Of a stretch of 64,000 nt of DNA, positions 32,250-43,061 are shown in pieces. This DNA is from an uncultured Piscirickettsiaceae bacterium (GTDB lineage Bacteria > Pseudomonadota > Gammaproteobacteria > GCF-002020875): positions 202,233-266,232 of the forward strand of contig CAYFMX010000001.1 in assembly GCA_964344325.1 (NCBI GenBank), written 5' to 3'. Under the pieces are notes generated by a model. That model did not search any database. It saw nothing but the letters and a program-made list of their open reading frames with translations, and was not told where the DNA came from. Within the stretch, counting starts at the first letter, position 1; every line of letters begins with the position of its first letter. Made by a program: the position numbers and the translations under genes.

Positions 32250-34339
32250 GCCAGAAAAATGCAACCCAAGACCTCCTGTTTGAACTCGGCACCGAAGAAT
32301 TGCCACCAAAATCCTTGCGCCGCTTGAGCGAAGCGTTGGGCAAGGAAATTTCCGATGGCTTACAACAGGCAAAACTGAATTTTGGCGAGGTGGCGTTGTA
32401 CGCCGCGCCGCGCCGTTTGGCTGTCTGGATTAAGGCGGTTGAAACACAACAGGCTGACCAGAAAAATCTGCGCAAAGGCCCAGCAGAAAAGGCCGCATTT
32501 GATGCGGATGGCAACCCGACCAAAGCACTGCAAGGATTTGCCAAATCGTGTGGCGTGGAAGTCGACCAGTTGGAAAAGGTCGAAACACCAAAAGGCAACT
32601 GGATGGCCTATCAGGTTGAGAAAAAAGGCGAAAAAACCGCCGATTTATTGCCTGCCATTCTCCAAACTGCGCTTGATCGCTTACCGATTGCGAAGCGGAT
32701 GCGTTGGGGGGCCTCCGATGCAGAGTTTTTGCGTCCGGTGCATTGGGTTGTCGTTCTGTTGGGCAACGAAACGGTTTCTGCGAATTTGTATGGTATCCAG
32801 TCGGGCAATTTCTCCTACGGACATCGGTTCCATCATCCGGAGCAAGTGACGATTGCTGCACCAGACCAGTATGAATCTGCGCTGAAAAATGAAGGCAAAG
32901 TAGTCGCCAGTTTTGAAGAACGCAAAACGACCGTCCGCGCACAAGTGGAGCAAGTTGCTAAAGATTTGGGCGGAAATGCGTTGATTGACGAAGATTTGCT
33001 GGAAGAAGTGGCAGCGTTATCCGAATGGCCGGTCGCGCTCAGTGGTAGCTTTGAAGAGAAATTTCTCACTGTGCCAGCAGAAGCATTGGTTGCATCGATG
33101 CAGGGACATCAAAAATTCTTCCCGGTGGTTGATGGCAACGGCAAGTTGATGGCGCATTTCATCACCATCAGCAACATCGAAAGCAAAAATCCGGAGATGG
33201 TTAAACATGGCAACGAGCGCGTGATCCGTCCGCGTCTTGCTGATGCAACCTTCTTCTGGGAACAGGATCGCAAACAGTCATTGTCTGCGCATCAGGATGG
33301 ACTGAAAAAAGTTGTCTATCAGGACAAACTCGGTTCTGTTTGGGACAAATCGGAACGTGTTGCCAAGCTTGCAGCAGAAATTGCCAAACAGTTGGGCAGC
33401 GATACAGAGATGGCACAACAGGCTGGTTTGCTCGCAAAATGTGACCTGCTGACCAACATGGTCAAGGAATTCCCGGAATTGCAGGGCATCATGGGCGAAT
33501 ACTATGCCAAACATGACAATGCCCCAGAAGCGGTTTCTACTGCAATCCGTGAACAATATCTGCCGCGTTTTGCAGGTGATGAATTGCCGTCCACACCAAC
33601 GGGGGAAGCGGTTGCGTTGGCAGAGCGGATTGACTCACTGGTGGGCATTTTTGGCATTGGCATGATTCCGACCGGCGATAAGGATCCATTTGCGTTGCGC
33701 CGCGCCGCATTGGGTGTGTTGCGTATTTTGGTCGAGAAACAACGTGATCTGAATTTGAAGTCGTTGGTTGATGCTGCTGTTGCAATTTATGGCAGCTTGC
33801 TGGAAGCAGGAACGGCAGAAAAAGTATTCGATTTTGTGCTGGAACGTCTCCGTGCTTACTACCAAGATCAAAACATCTCAGCGGATCTGTTCGAGTCTGT
33901 TTATGCGTGCCGTCCACAGCGTCCACTTGATTTTGATTTGCGGATTGCGGCAGTCAGCCAGTTTGTGAAATCCGACGCGGCGGAACCACTCAGTGCAGCA
34001 AACAAACGTATCCATAATTTGTTGAAGAAGAGCGCGGAAAGTTCTGAAGCGATTCCAGAGCAAATCAACGAAAGTTTGTTTGAAGAAGAAGCGGAGAAAA
34101 ATCTGGCGCAAAAACTGGCAGAAATTCGCCAGCAGGTTGACCAGCAAATTGAGGCTGGAAATTACGCCGATGCGCTCAACCAGCTTTCTACCTTACGCCA
34201 ACCGGTCGATGATTTCTTCGAGGCTGTGATGGTGATGAGCGACAACGCCGATTTACGCAAAAACCGTTTGGCATTGTTGACGCAGCTGCGCGACCAATTC
34301 TTGCGGATTGCCGATATTTCAGTGTTGCAATCGGCATAA
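32246..34339 (+). CDS. glyS: glycine--tRNA ligase beta subunit
   Basis: 697 aa, conserved GlyS. Confidence 0.95.
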   Translation: MSQKNATQDLLFELGTEELPPKSLRRLSEALGKEISDGLQQAKLNFGEVALYAAPRRLAVWIKAVETQQADQKNLRKGPAEKAAFDADGNPTKALQGFAKSCGVEVDQLEKVETPKGNWMAYQVEKKGEKTADLLPAILQTALDRLPIAKRMRWGASDAEFLRPVHWVVVLLGNETVSANLYGIQSGNFSYGHRFHHPEQVTIAAPDQYESALKNEGKVVASFEERKTTVRAQVEQVAKDLGGNALIDEDLLEEVAALSEWPVALSGSFEEKFLTVPAEALVASMQGHQKFFPVVDGNGKLMAHFITISNIESKNPEMVKHGNERVIRPRLADATFFWEQDRKQSLSAHQDGLKKVVYQDKLGSVWDKSERVAKLAAEIAKQLGSDTEMAQQAGLLAKCDLLTNMVKEFPELQGIMGEYYAKHDNAPEAVSTAIREQYLPRFAGDELPSTPTGEAVALAERIDSLVGIFGIGMIPTGDKDPFALRRAALGVLRILVEKQRDLNLKSLVDAAVAIYGSLLEAGTAEKVFDFVLERLRAYYQDQNISADLFESVYACRPQRPLDFDLRIAAVSQFVKSDAAEPLSAANKRIHNLLKKSAESSEAIPEQINESLFEEEAEKNLAQKLAEIRQQVDQQIEAGNYADALNQLSTLRQPVDDFFEAVMVMSDNADLRKNRLALLTQLRDQFLRIADISVLQSA

Positions 34340-34402
34340 AATGCTTTTGGCTCGTCTTTGACTCGCTTTTGATTCTTAAATCTGATCGTACGGGATTTTC
34401 TG

Positions 34403-34747
34403 ATGGAAGAAAAACTGGATTCGTATCAAGCGATGCTGGCAGCAGTGCAAGCGTTTCACGACAAGCACCAGTTCCGCGAAAAAGGCGGCGAAGAGATGAC
34501 CTACCGTATCTCGTTGATGGCGGAGGAACTGGGGGAAATCTCTTCCTGCGTCACAAAAGGGAAAAAGAAGGAAGAGTTGGCGGAAGAGTGTGCGGATTTG
34601 TTCATTTTGCTCGTCGGTACTGCCATTGCAGCAGAATTTGACCTGAAACAGGCGTTTTGGGACAAAATGGAAAAACTGGACAAGCGCAAATCACGGATTG
34701 TCGATGGACGCATCCGCGTTTCCGAATTTCGTGGCGTGGAAGGCTAA
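34403..34747 (+). CDS. MazG-like nucleotide pyrophosphohydrolase (small all-alpha NTP-PPase)
   Basis: 114 aa, EELGEI...EExADLFILL motif pattern of the MazG/HisE superfamily. Confidence 0.5.
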   Translation: MEEKLDSYQAMLAAVQAFHDKHQFREKGGEEMTYRISLMAEELGEISSCVTKGKKKEELAEECADLFILLVGTAIAAEFDLKQAFWDKMEKLDKRKSRIVDGRIRVSEFRGVEG

Positions 34748-34834
34748 TACTTTGATGTACAAGTTTGATGTGCAACACAGGTGGTAGTTTAATGTGTGGA
34801 TTGATACGCAAATATCAGTCCGTAAATCGGTAGG

Positions 34835-35401
34835 GTGAAACCAATGGATTTAATCATTCTGGATCGGGATGGAGTCATCAACGAAGATTCTGACGATTTC
34901 ATCAAATCGCCAGAAGAGTGGATTCCGATTCCCGGTAGTCCGGAGGCGATCGCACGTCTCAATCAAGCAGGGTATCACGTAGTCGTCTCTACGAATCAGT
35001 CAGGAATTGGTCGTCAGTTGTTTCCGGTAGAGACGCTGGCACAAATCCACAAAAAAATGCACCAGACTTTGCAACAGACTGGTGCATCGGTTGATGCAAT
35101 CTTTTTCTGCCCACATTTGCCGACTGATGAATGTGAGTGTCGCAAGCCCAAATCTGGCATGTTGCACGACATCCGCGAACGCCTCGGACAAGATTTGGAA
35201 AAACGCTATGTCGTGGGCGATTCGCTCCGCGATTTGCAATCAGCACAACAGGTCGATGCGCAGCCGATTCTGGTTAAAACCGGAAAAGGCCAAAAAACGC
35301 AGGAAGAGCATAAAGAAGTGCGAAATATTCCAACATTTGATGACCTTTCCAGCTTTGTAGATGCCCTACTGGATGATAAGCTTTCTGCAGAAACATCATG
35401 A
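34835..35401 (+). CDS. gmhB: D-glycero-beta-D-manno-heptose-1,7-bisphosphate 7-phosphatase GmhB
   Basis: 188 aa HAD, DRDGVIN motif plus the Zn-binding CxHxxxxxCxC (CPHLPTDECEC) and RKP. Confidence 0.85.
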   Translation: MKPMDLIILDRDGVINEDSDDFIKSPEEWIPIPGSPEAIARLNQAGYHVVVSTNQSGIGRQLFPVETLAQIHKKMHQTLQQTGASVDAIFFCPHLPTDECECRKPKSGMLHDIRERLGQDLEKRYVVGDSLRDLQSAQQVDAQPILVKTGKGQKTQEEHKEVRNIPTFDDLSSFVDALLDDKLSAETS

Positions 35402-35474
35402 AACAGCAATCATGAAAACCTGAAATCACTCAAAAAAACGACTCATAAACCTGTCACGAACCTGATCCTCCCCT

Positions 35475-36209
35475 ATGTTTTTCATACGGAAATCTCTCTA
35501 TTTTCTTGGTATTGCACTGACTTCAATCGTTTTTTCACCCTTTGGTTTTCTACTGTTTCTGGTTCCATTTCCGCTCCGCTATAAAATCATTACGTTTTGG
35601 TCTACATTTTCCATCTGGTGGCTATGGATTACGTGTGGCATTTCTGTGCAGCTGGAAGGAAAAGAGCATCTTGATGGTTCGATTCCTACAGTGGTGCTAG
35701 CGAACCATCAATCAGCCTGGGAGACAATGGCATTCCAGACCCTGTTTCCGCCACTCTCCTGGATTCTGAAGAAGGAGCTACTCTATATTCCATTCTTTGG
35801 CTGGGGGTTGGCGATGGTACGACCGATTGCGATCAACCGTTCTGCACGTCACTCCGCATTGAAATCAATCCTGCGCCAAGGTATCGCACGACTGCAAAAA
35901 GGGATTTGGGTCGTTATTTTCCCGGAAGGGACTCGCACTGCACCGGGAAAAAAACAATCTTTCTCATTAGGTGGCGCGATGCTGGCGGTCAAAGCCGGTT
36001 GTCGCGTGTTGCCGGTCGCCCACAATGCTGGAAAAGTTTGGCCTGCAAAACGGTTTCCAAAAAAACCGGGCATCGTTACGTTACGCATTGGCGCACCGAT
36101 TGAAACGCAGGGACGTTCTGTTGCAGAAGTAAACCAGCTTGCAGAAACATGGATACGCCAGCAACTGGAACAGCTGAATCAACCAGATCAACTAGACAAG
36201 ACTTCGTAA
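35475..36209 (+). CDS. plsC: 1-acyl-sn-glycerol-3-phosphate acyltransferase PlsC
   Basis: 244 aa, NHQSAWE and FPEGTR acyltransferase motifs. Confidence 0.8.
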   Translation: MFFIRKSLYFLGIALTSIVFSPFGFLLFLVPFPLRYKIITFWSTFSIWWLWITCGISVQLEGKEHLDGSIPTVVLANHQSAWETMAFQTLFPPLSWILKKELLYIPFFGWGLAMVRPIAINRSARHSALKSILRQGIARLQKGIWVVIFPEGTRTAPGKKQSFSLGGAMLAVKAGCRVLPVAHNAGKVWPAKRFPKKPGIVTLRIGAPIETQGRSVAEVNQLAETWIRQQLEQLNQPDQLDKTS

Positions 36210-36226
36210 CTAGAAAAGGCTTGGTC

Positions 36227-36862
36227 ATGAATACGAACGTAAAACAGATGAGCGCCATGAGTGCCGTACAACAACCCGTTCCAGAATCTGTACGGGAAAA
36301 AGCGCGACAAATTCGTCTGGTGATTTTTGATGTAGATGGCGTGTTGACTACCGGCGCGCTCTTTTTTGGCGATGACGGCCAGGAATATAAGGCATTCCAC
36401 TCTCGTGATGGTCTCGGGATGACAATGCTACTACGGAGTGGTGTTGAAATTGCGCTGATTACAGGGCGTACTTCTGATGTAGTGGAACACAGGGCGCATA
36501 ACCTCAAAATTCGGCATGTTTATCAAGGGCGAATGGAGAAAATTCCAGCGTTTGAGGAAATTTGTGCAAAACTCCAGCTTGCGTCCGAGCAGGTCGCCTA
36601 TGTTGGTGATGACGTAGTCGATCTACCGGTAATGTTGCGGGTTGGCATGCCGATTGCGGTTGGCAATGCACATCCATTGGTAAGGCAACATGCGGAATGG
36701 ACAACGGTTGCACACGGAGGGCAAGGTGCTGCACGGGAAGTGTGTGAATTGCTGATGGACGCACAAGGCACACTGGAAGCGCAATTTGCGTATTATGTAA
36801 ACGGTAAATCAGATAGCGCGAATCATCCGGACAATGTTGCGGACGGAACACTGGTTCAATGA
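36227..36862 (+). CDS. kdsC: 3-deoxy-D-manno-octulosonate 8-phosphate phosphatase KdsC
   Basis: HAD motif IFDVDGVLTTG, kdsC-lptC-lptA-lptB synteny; about 25-aa C-terminal extension relative to E. coli. Confidence 0.75.
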   Translation: MNTNVKQMSAMSAVQQPVPESVREKARQIRLVIFDVDGVLTTGALFFGDDGQEYKAFHSRDGLGMTMLLRSGVEIALITGRTSDVVEHRAHNLKIRHVYQGRMEKIPAFEEICAKLQLASEQVAYVGDDVVDLPVMLRVGMPIAVGNAHPLVRQHAEWTTVAHGGQGAAREVCELLMDAQGTLEAQFAYYVNGKSDSANHPDNVADGTLVQ

Positions 36863-37494
36863 AACTGAAGTTGCCTGTAAGACTACAGGAAAGATTACCT
36901 GCAAAATTGCACAGAATACTGCCGGCAATCCGCACACAGACGGTTTTGCTCACTTTACTGGTACTCGCCGTAGGGATTACTTGGGTATTGCGCGTTGAGA
37001 AAGAGAGCCGCATCACCTACTCCGAACCGAACCAGCCCGATTACCTCATCACCCAATTCGTCCAATACGCAACGAACGAATCTGGACAACTCGCCCACCG
37101 CGTACATGCCGATCAAGTCACCCATTTTCCGCACGAAGCATACCTTGTTTTCACGCAGCCCCGGGCAACCTTGTTTGAAATGGGCAATCCCCGCTGGAAT
37201 TTTCGTGCCAATCACGGTAAAAAGTGGGACAAAGAGAAAAAAACATTACTGACCGGTCAGGTCGAAGTCAACAAAGCGGTGCAACAGGCCGCAGAAAAGA
37301 CAACCATTACAACGGAAAAAATCGTGCTGTTCTCCAATACGGAATATGTGGAAACCGACGCGCCGATCCAGTTCAACACGGCGCAAATTGAGATGTCCGC
37401 GACCGGTGCAAATGCGTGGCTAGAAGAGGGGAAAATCCATCTGCTCTCCAACGTAGAGACCATTTATTGGCCGCAATTGCGCAAAGCCAAATAA
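36859..37494 (+). CDS. lptC: LPS export system protein LptC
   Basis: 211 aa, single N-terminal TM, position between kdsC and lptA, ATGA overlap with kdsC. Confidence 0.7.
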   Translation: MKLKLPVRLQERLPAKLHRILPAIRTQTVLLTLLVLAVGITWVLRVEKESRITYSEPNQPDYLITQFVQYATNESGQLAHRVHADQVTHFPHEAYLVFTQPRATLFEMGNPRWNFRANHGKKWDKEKKTLLTGQVEVNKAVQQAAEKTTITTEKIVLFSNTEYVETDAPIQFNTAQIEMSATGANAWLEEGKIHLLSNVETIYWPQLRKAK

Positions 37495-37513
37495 TCAGGC
37501 CGTTGAAAATCTG

Positions 37514-38110
37514 GTGATCCCTATGTACACGTGTAAAACATTTCTTCTTCCGTTTTCTCTACCTTCTTTTTTGTCCATTTTCACTTTTCTTTTGCCACTC
37601 TGTGGCATGTTATTTTCCAGCACGGCATCTGCGCTGCCTTCCGACCGCAAACAACCAGTGCGCATTTCCGCGCAATATGCGGAAATCAAGGAGAAAGAGG
37701 GCTACAGCTATTACAAGGGTAATGTACGTTTGCGACAGGGTTCCTTGCTGGTGGAAGCGGAAAAACTGGAGCTGTTCCATCCCAATAAGCAGCTGAAAAA
37801 AGTGGTGGCAAGCGGAACCAAAAAACAGCCGGTTTACTTCGAGCATCAACCGAAAAAAGGGGATGAAATCGCCAAAGGGATCGCAAAAACGCTAACCCGC
37901 CAACTCAAACCGGATCAGTTAATCCTCAAAGGCGATGCGCGGGTCTGTCAGAAAGGCAACGAGCAGCGCGGCGAGACCATCACCTACGAAATCCAGAAGC
38001 ACATCATGGAAGCGAAAAAGCGCACGTTGACGATCTTCACGCCGAAAGGGGTTACGCGCGACTGTTCCGAGATTGAAAAATACGCCTCTGCGAGCCGGAA
38101 GAAGAAATGA
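37514..38110 (+). CDS. lptA: LPS transport periplasmic protein LptA
   Basis: 198 aa, signal peptide, OstA-like beta-jellyroll. Confidence 0.8.
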   Translation: MIPMYTCKTFLLPFSLPSFLSIFTFLLPLCGMLFSSTASALPSDRKQPVRISAQYAEIKEKEGYSYYKGNVRLRQGSLLVEAEKLELFHPNKQLKKVVASGTKKQPVYFEHQPKKGDEIAKGIAKTLTRQLKPDQLILKGDARVCQKGNEQRGETITYEIQKHIMEAKKRTLTIFTPKGVTRDCSEIEKYASASRKKK

Positions 38111-38874
38111 CAGCACCCTCTCATTCACCAGGTCAGGCGGGTCAACCGAGCCAACTCTCCGCACATCATCTCCAGAAAAGCTTTGGCAAAAAGCAGGTGG
38201 TGCATGATGTCTCTATCCATGTCCGTAGCGGAGAGGCAGTGGGACTGTTGGGGCCAAATGGTGCTGGGAAAACCACCTCTTTCTACATGATGGTCGGCTT
38301 AGTCGCCGCTGATGATGGCAAAATTGAACTAGATGGCAAAGATTTGACTGACGTTCCGATGTATCAGCGTGCACAGCGCGGGCTAGGCTATTTGCCGCAG
38401 GAACCCTCCATTTTCCGAAAATTGACTGTAGAAGAAAATCTGTTGGCCATTCTGGAGTCGCGCCCTGAACTGGAACGCCATCAGCAACTCAGCGAAGCAC
38501 AAAATTTGATGGATGAATTTCATCTTTCTGATTTACGCGATTCGCTGGGAATGAGCCTCTCGGGCGGGGAACGTCGCCGCGTTGAGATTGCGCGTGCGCT
38601 GGCTGCCAATCCGCGTTTTATCTTGCTGGATGAGCCATTTGCGGGCGTTGACCCAATCTCCGTTTCCGATATCCAGTTGGTGATCCGCTACCTTTCTACC
38701 CACCGTAATATTGGCATTATTGTCACCGACCATAACGTGCGCGAGACGCTCAAGGTGTGCCAACGCGCTTACATCATCAGCGAGGGAACGGTGATTGCCG
38801 AAGGCGCACCGGATCAAATTCTGGAAAACCCCAAAGTGCGCGAGGCGTATTTGGGGCATGAATTTGAGATGTAA
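38107..38874 (+). CDS. lptB: LPS export ABC transporter ATPase LptB
   Basis: 255 aa, Walker [10 protein letters not shown], signature LSGGERRR, Walker B LLDEP. Confidence 0.9.
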   Translation: MTAPSHSPGQAGQPSQLSAHHLQKSFGKKQVVHDVSIHVRSGEAVGLLGPNGAGKTTSFYMMVGLVAADDGKIELDGKDLTDVPMYQRAQRGLGYLPQEPSIFRKLTVEENLLAILESRPELERHQQLSEAQNLMDEFHLSDLRDSLGMSLSGGERRRVEIARALAANPRFILLDEPFAGVDPISVSDIQLVIRYLSTHRNIGIIVTDHNVRETLKVCQRAYIISEGTVIAEGAPDQILENPKVREAYLGHEFEM

Positions 38875-38919
38875 TCAATTAAGGACCGTCATTGCGAAAA
38901 TTTTGGAAATTGTAGAAGA

Positions 38920-38999
38920 AAGACCACCCCGCCGCTACGCGTCACCCCTCCATAGGAGGGGAATTCTCCTTCTTTGAAGGGGTGGCAGGCAAAGCCTAA
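38920..38999. repeat. about 75-bp structured intergenic repeat, copy B
   Basis: Same sequence blocks as copy A; contains perfect hairpins CCCCTCC-ATA-GGAGGGG and CCTTC-TTT-GAAGG. Confidence 0.45.
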
Positions 39000-39073
39000 T
39001 GGGGTAGTTCTTTTCAAAATAACCCCGAACTTAATCATCACGTACTCAATATTAAATCAACCAAAACCAATTT

Positions 39074-40522
39074 ATGCTGAACCAATCCCTTCAAGTCCGC
39101 CTCGGGCAACAACTGAAAATGACTGCGCAATTGCAACACGCAATCCGCCTGTTGCAACTCTCCTCGCAAGAGTTACAGCAGGAAATTCAGGAAGTATTGC
39201 TCAACAACCCAATGTTGGAGGTCGATGAGGAGGAGATCAACACTGCAGATACGCCGTTGGAACAGCAGCGGCTGGAGTCGGAAATTGACCGCTCGATGGA
39301 GAACCAGGAAACACTCCCGGATGAACTGCCGGTCGATAGTCATTGGGAAGACACCTACGATATGCCTGTCTCTTCGACGGCTGCGCCAGATGACCAGACT
39401 GAATTTCAGGAAACCAACACCGCAGAACTGTCATTACGGGATCATTTGCTGGAACAACTCAATCTTGCTCCGGTTTCCGAGCGCGATTTCTCTATCACAC
39501 TGGCGTTGATTGATGCGATTGACCCAAAAGGCTATCTGGAAAGTTCGCTGGAAACGGTACAACAGGCATTGGAACTGGAACCGCCCGTCGAGCTGGATGA
39601 ACTAACCACCCAACTTCACCTGTTGCAACGATTTGATCCAACCGGCGTTGGCGCACGAGATTTACAAGAGTGCCTGTTGTTGCAATTGCAGCAACTTGAT
39701 CCGAACAAAAAAGAAGAACCCACCTATACGCTTGCACAACAGGTGCTGGAAGACCATTTTGATCTGCTCTCGGCGAAACAACAGACAAAACTCTGCAAAA
39801 AGCTGAAAACAACGCCAGAAAAGCTGGAAGCAACGATGGAGTTGATCCGTACCTTCAATCCGCATCCGGGCGAGGAAATCCAGTCGATCCAGACCGAATA
39901 CATCACACCGGATTTAATTATCCATCGCGGTGAAAAAGGGTGGATTGTCGAACTCGCGCCAGAAACGCGTACCAAATTGCGTGTCAGTCCTTACTACCAA
40001 TCGCTGAAACAGCAGCAAAAAACGGGCGAAGATGCACAATATATCCGCAAAAATGTGCAAGATGCGCGTTGGTTTTTGAAAAGCCTCAGCAACCGTAATG
40101 AGACGTTGCTGAAAGTGACAACCCATATTTTTCAGGTGCAATCAGCATTTCTGGATGGCGGTGCGTCTAAAATGAAAGCGTTAACTCTGAAAGCAATTGC
40201 CGGAGCAGTGGAAATGCACGAATCGACCATCTCGCGCGTCACCACCAACAAATATGTGCAAACCCCGCAGGGATTGTTTGAACTGAAATATTTCTTCTCT
40301 AGCCAGCTTGGCACGGCAGACGGAGATGGCACTTCATCAGTGGCAGTGCGTTCGCTGATCCAGAAAATTGTCGATGACGAAGATCAGAAAAAACCGGTCA
40401 GCGACCAGAAAATTTCCCAATTACTGGCAGAAGAAGGGATCAAAATTGCGCGGCGCACAGTGGCGAAATATCGGGATATATTAGCGATCCCGCCTTCCAA
40501 TGAGCGGAAACAACCCAAGTAA
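39074..40522 (+). CDS. rpoN: RNA polymerase sigma-54 factor RpoN
   Basis: 482 aa, N-terminal Gln/Leu-rich region I, C-terminal RpoN box ARRTVAKYR. Confidence 0.95.
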   Translation: MLNQSLQVRLGQQLKMTAQLQHAIRLLQLSSQELQQEIQEVLLNNPMLEVDEEEINTADTPLEQQRLESEIDRSMENQETLPDELPVDSHWEDTYDMPVSSTAAPDDQTEFQETNTAELSLRDHLLEQLNLAPVSERDFSITLALIDAIDPKGYLESSLETVQQALELEPPVELDELTTQLHLLQRFDPTGVGARDLQECLLLQLQQLDPNKKEEPTYTLAQQVLEDHFDLLSAKQQTKLCKKLKTTPEKLEATMELIRTFNPHPGEEIQSIQTEYITPDLIIHRGEKGWIVELAPETRTKLRVSPYYQSLKQQQKTGEDAQYIRKNVQDARWFLKSLSNRNETLLKVTTHIFQVQSAFLDGGASKMKALTLKAIAGAVEMHESTISRVTTNKYVQTPQGLFELKYFFSSQLGTADGDGTSSVAVRSLIQKIVDDEDQKKPVSDQKISQLLAEEGIKIARRTVAKYRDILAIPPSNERKQPK

Positions 40523-40821
40523 ATAAGATTAGTAATACAATTAAACAAGTGTCACTCCCGCGAAAGCGGGATTCTGGAAAAGAAAACGTTAGTAGATTCC
40601 CGATTACAGCATTCGGGAATGACGGATATTTAACGTAAAGAACTTCAAAACAAAGTCTTGCAAAACTGGAAATCTCCCCCAAATAAGTTCGTAAACACAT
40701 TTATAACCATTCATAAAATAACGCATAAGAATAAGAAAAAACCTCTATTTCCCCCGGCAAACGCGTTGGATCACAATCAGCGGGGGCACACCCTACATTG
40801 AGTCAGACAAAGGAGAACTGT

Positions 40822-41115
40822 ATGCAACTCAATATCACAGGCCACCACATGGACATCACTGAAGCACTCCATGACTACGTCACCGAAAAGATGAAAAAGC
40901 TGGAACGCCATTTTGACCATGTGACCAACGTCCACGTTGTGCTTAGCGTGGAGAAATTGCAGCAGAAGGCAGAAGCTACTTTCCACATCAGCGGCGCGGA
41001 AATTTTCGCTGAAAGTACGGAAGAGGATATGTACGCGGCAATTGATGGCCTGACCCACAAGCTGGATCGCCAGATCATCAAGCACAAGGAAAAGATCAGC
41101 AGCCACCGCAAATAA
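40822..41115 (+). CDS. hpf: ribosome hibernation promoting factor Hpf (sigma-54 modulation protein)
   Basis: Short RaiA/Hpf family protein, AGGAGA Shine-Dalgarno upstream, rpoN-hpf synteny. Confidence 0.85.
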   Translation: MQLNITGHHMDITEALHDYVTEKMKKLERHFDHVTNVHVVLSVEKLQQKAEATFHISGAEIFAESTEEDMYAAIDGLTHKLDRQIIKHKEKISSHRK

Positions 41116-41149
41116 TTTTCTGCGATAGAGAAAACAAAAAACACAACAA

Positions 41150-41216
41150 GAAAAGAGCTGTGTGTGCGGGAAATGCCATCATTGGTGATCCCTGTACATA
41201 CAGCTCTTTTTTATGC
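41150..41216 (+). terminator. putative terminator-like stem-loop after hpf
   Basis: AGAGCTGT...ACAGCTCT stem enclosing an internal palindrome, followed by TTTTTTAT. Confidence 0.35.
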
Positions 41217-41274
41217 GCGTATAATTTGCACAAATGCGTTATAGACTCCAAAACCAGTTACAGGGACAAACAGC

Positions 41275-43026
41275 ATGAGTTTGATGCTTCACGGCATTGG
41301 CGTTGCCGACGGGATTGCGATTGGCCGGGCGTACATCATGGAACGTGGTCAGCCCGACATCGCCGAGTACACCATCCCCGACTACCTGATTGATGCGGAA
41401 ATCGAGCGGTACAACTCGGCTGTTGCTGCCGCACGCGAGGAGCTGATCCAGGCACGGGAAAATATCCCGGAAACTTTGCCAGGCGAAGTGACCGAATTCA
41501 TTGATGCGCACCTGTTGATGTTGGAAGACAGCGCGTTGAGCCGCACGCCAGTCAAAACGATCCGCCACGAAAAATGCAATGCAGAGTGGGCGTTGAAGCA
41601 GCAACGCGCCGCGTTGGCGCAAGCGTTTCAGGAGATGGATGACGAATATCTACGCACCCGAAAAGATGATATTGATCATGTGATCAACCGCATACTCCGC
41701 ATTCTGCTCCAGCAGGAGAGCGATACACAGGAGTTGATCGACCCGGAAGAGGAAGAACATGCGCCACGAATTATCATTGCTGAACGTCTGAGTCCATCAG
41801 ATATTATTTTGTTGCACCATCAGGACATTAGCGGTGTGGTCACTGAACACGGTACACCCAACTCCCACACTGCAATTCTGTTACGCAGCCTCCATTTACC
41901 AACCGTAATGGGCGTTGCGCATGTGCAGCGGTATTTGAAGGAGGGTGAATCGGTCGTTATTGATGGTAAGGAAGGGATGGTACTGGCGACTGATGAGCCA
42001 ACGTTGCTCAACCGTTACCTGCACCTCCAAACGCAAGCTGCGCATGATGAAAATCAATTATCCAAGCTGCGCTCCGAAACTGCTATAACACGAGACGGCA
42101 CGGCGATCCATTTGCAGGCCAATATTGATCTGCCTGCAGAATCAGAAGAGATGGAGGCAGTCGGTATCACCGATGTAGGGCTCTACCGCACCGAATTTCT
42201 CTACCTCAACCGCACCGATTTTCCGAGTGAAGAGGAGCAGTTTGAACAATACCGTGCTGTGGCGGAACGGCTCCCCAACGGCACACTGACGATCCGCACA
42301 CTCGATATTGGTATGGATAAGACGGTTGCCATGCTCTCCAACGCAGTGTGTAGCGATAACCCTGCATTGGGGTTGCGTTCCATTCGTCTTAGTCTGAGGC
42401 ATACTGAACTACTAATTCCGCAAATCCGCGCTATTTTACGCGCCTCTGCGTTCGGAAAAATTCGTATGATGTTGCCGATGGTGAGTAATTTGCAGGAAGT
42501 CCGGCAGGTACAGGCACATATCGAACAGGAAAAACAGAATTTGCAAGAGGCAAGTATCGAATTTGACCCAGATATCCAGATCGGCGCAATGGTGGAGACT
42601 CCGGCAGCAGCACTCTCGGCAGATGGATTGGCGCAGTGTTCTGACTTCCTCTCTATCGGTACCAATGACCTGATCCAGTACACCTTGGCAATTGACCGTG
42701 CAGATGATCAGGTCAATTATCTGTTTGATCCATTTCATCCTTCCGTGTTGCGGCTGATTCATCAAGTGATTCAAGCCGGTCAACAAGCTGGAAAATCCGT
42801 CGAGATGTGCGGCGAGATGGCCGGTGATGAACGGTTCACCCAAATTTTGCTTGGGATCGGGTTGCGCTCGTTCAGCATGAGTCCTGCGGTGTTGCCGAAA
42901 GTGAAACGGCGCATTCGTGAGGTGAATCTGAAACAAATCGAACCCATCGCGCAAAAAATCATCGCCTCGCCGTTCCCGGAAGAGACATTGCAACTGATGT
43001 CACAGCTCAACAGCAACGCAAACTAG
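41275..43026 (+). CDS. phosphoenolpyruvate-protein phosphotransferase (PTS Enzyme I family, no GAF domain)
   Basis: 583 aa, PtsI/PtsP-type PEP-utilising enzyme with the phospho-histidine region (GTPNSHTAILLRSL) and C-terminal PEP-binding TIM barrel. Confidence 0.8.
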   Translation: MSLMLHGIGVADGIAIGRAYIMERGQPDIAEYTIPDYLIDAEIERYNSAVAAAREELIQARENIPETLPGEVTEFIDAHLLMLEDSALSRTPVKTIRHEKCNAEWALKQQRAALAQAFQEMDDEYLRTRKDDIDHVINRILRILLQQESDTQELIDPEEEEHAPRIIIAERLSPSDIILLHHQDISGVVTEHGTPNSHTAILLRSLHLPTVMGVAHVQRYLKEGESVVIDGKEGMVLATDEPTLLNRYLHLQTQAAHDENQLSKLRSETAITRDGTAIHLQANIDLPAESEEMEAVGITDVGLYRTEFLYLNRTDFPSEEEQFEQYRAVAERLPNGTLTIRTLDIGMDKTVAMLSNAVCSDNPALGLRSIRLSLRHTELLIPQIRAILRASAFGKIRMMLPMVSNLQEVRQVQAHIEQEKQNLQEASIEFDPDIQIGAMVETPAAALSADGLAQCSDFLSIGTNDLIQYTLAIDRADDQVNYLFDPFHPSVLRLIHQVIQAGQQAGKSVEMCGEMAGDERFTQILLGIGLRSFSMSPAVLPKVKRRIREVNLKQIEPIAQKIIASPFPEETLQLMSQLNSNAN

Positions 43027-43061
43027 CACAAAATTGGCTCAAAACTGATTGAACGACTGAC

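Noticed and set aside
32082-34147. Many overlapping ORFs within glyS
   Set aside because: Shadow frames of a highly conserved gene
36149-36226. N-terminal extension of kdsC overlapping the plsC 3' end (ORF-track start 36149)
   Set aside because: KdsC homology and the HAD motif begin after the Met at 36227; the extension is the plsC reading frame read through in a different frame
41160-41393. 77-aa ORF between hpf and the Enzyme I gene, as a possible ptsN remnant
   Set aside because: No similarity to EIIA-Ntr; Cys/His/Arg-rich; overlaps the Enzyme I start
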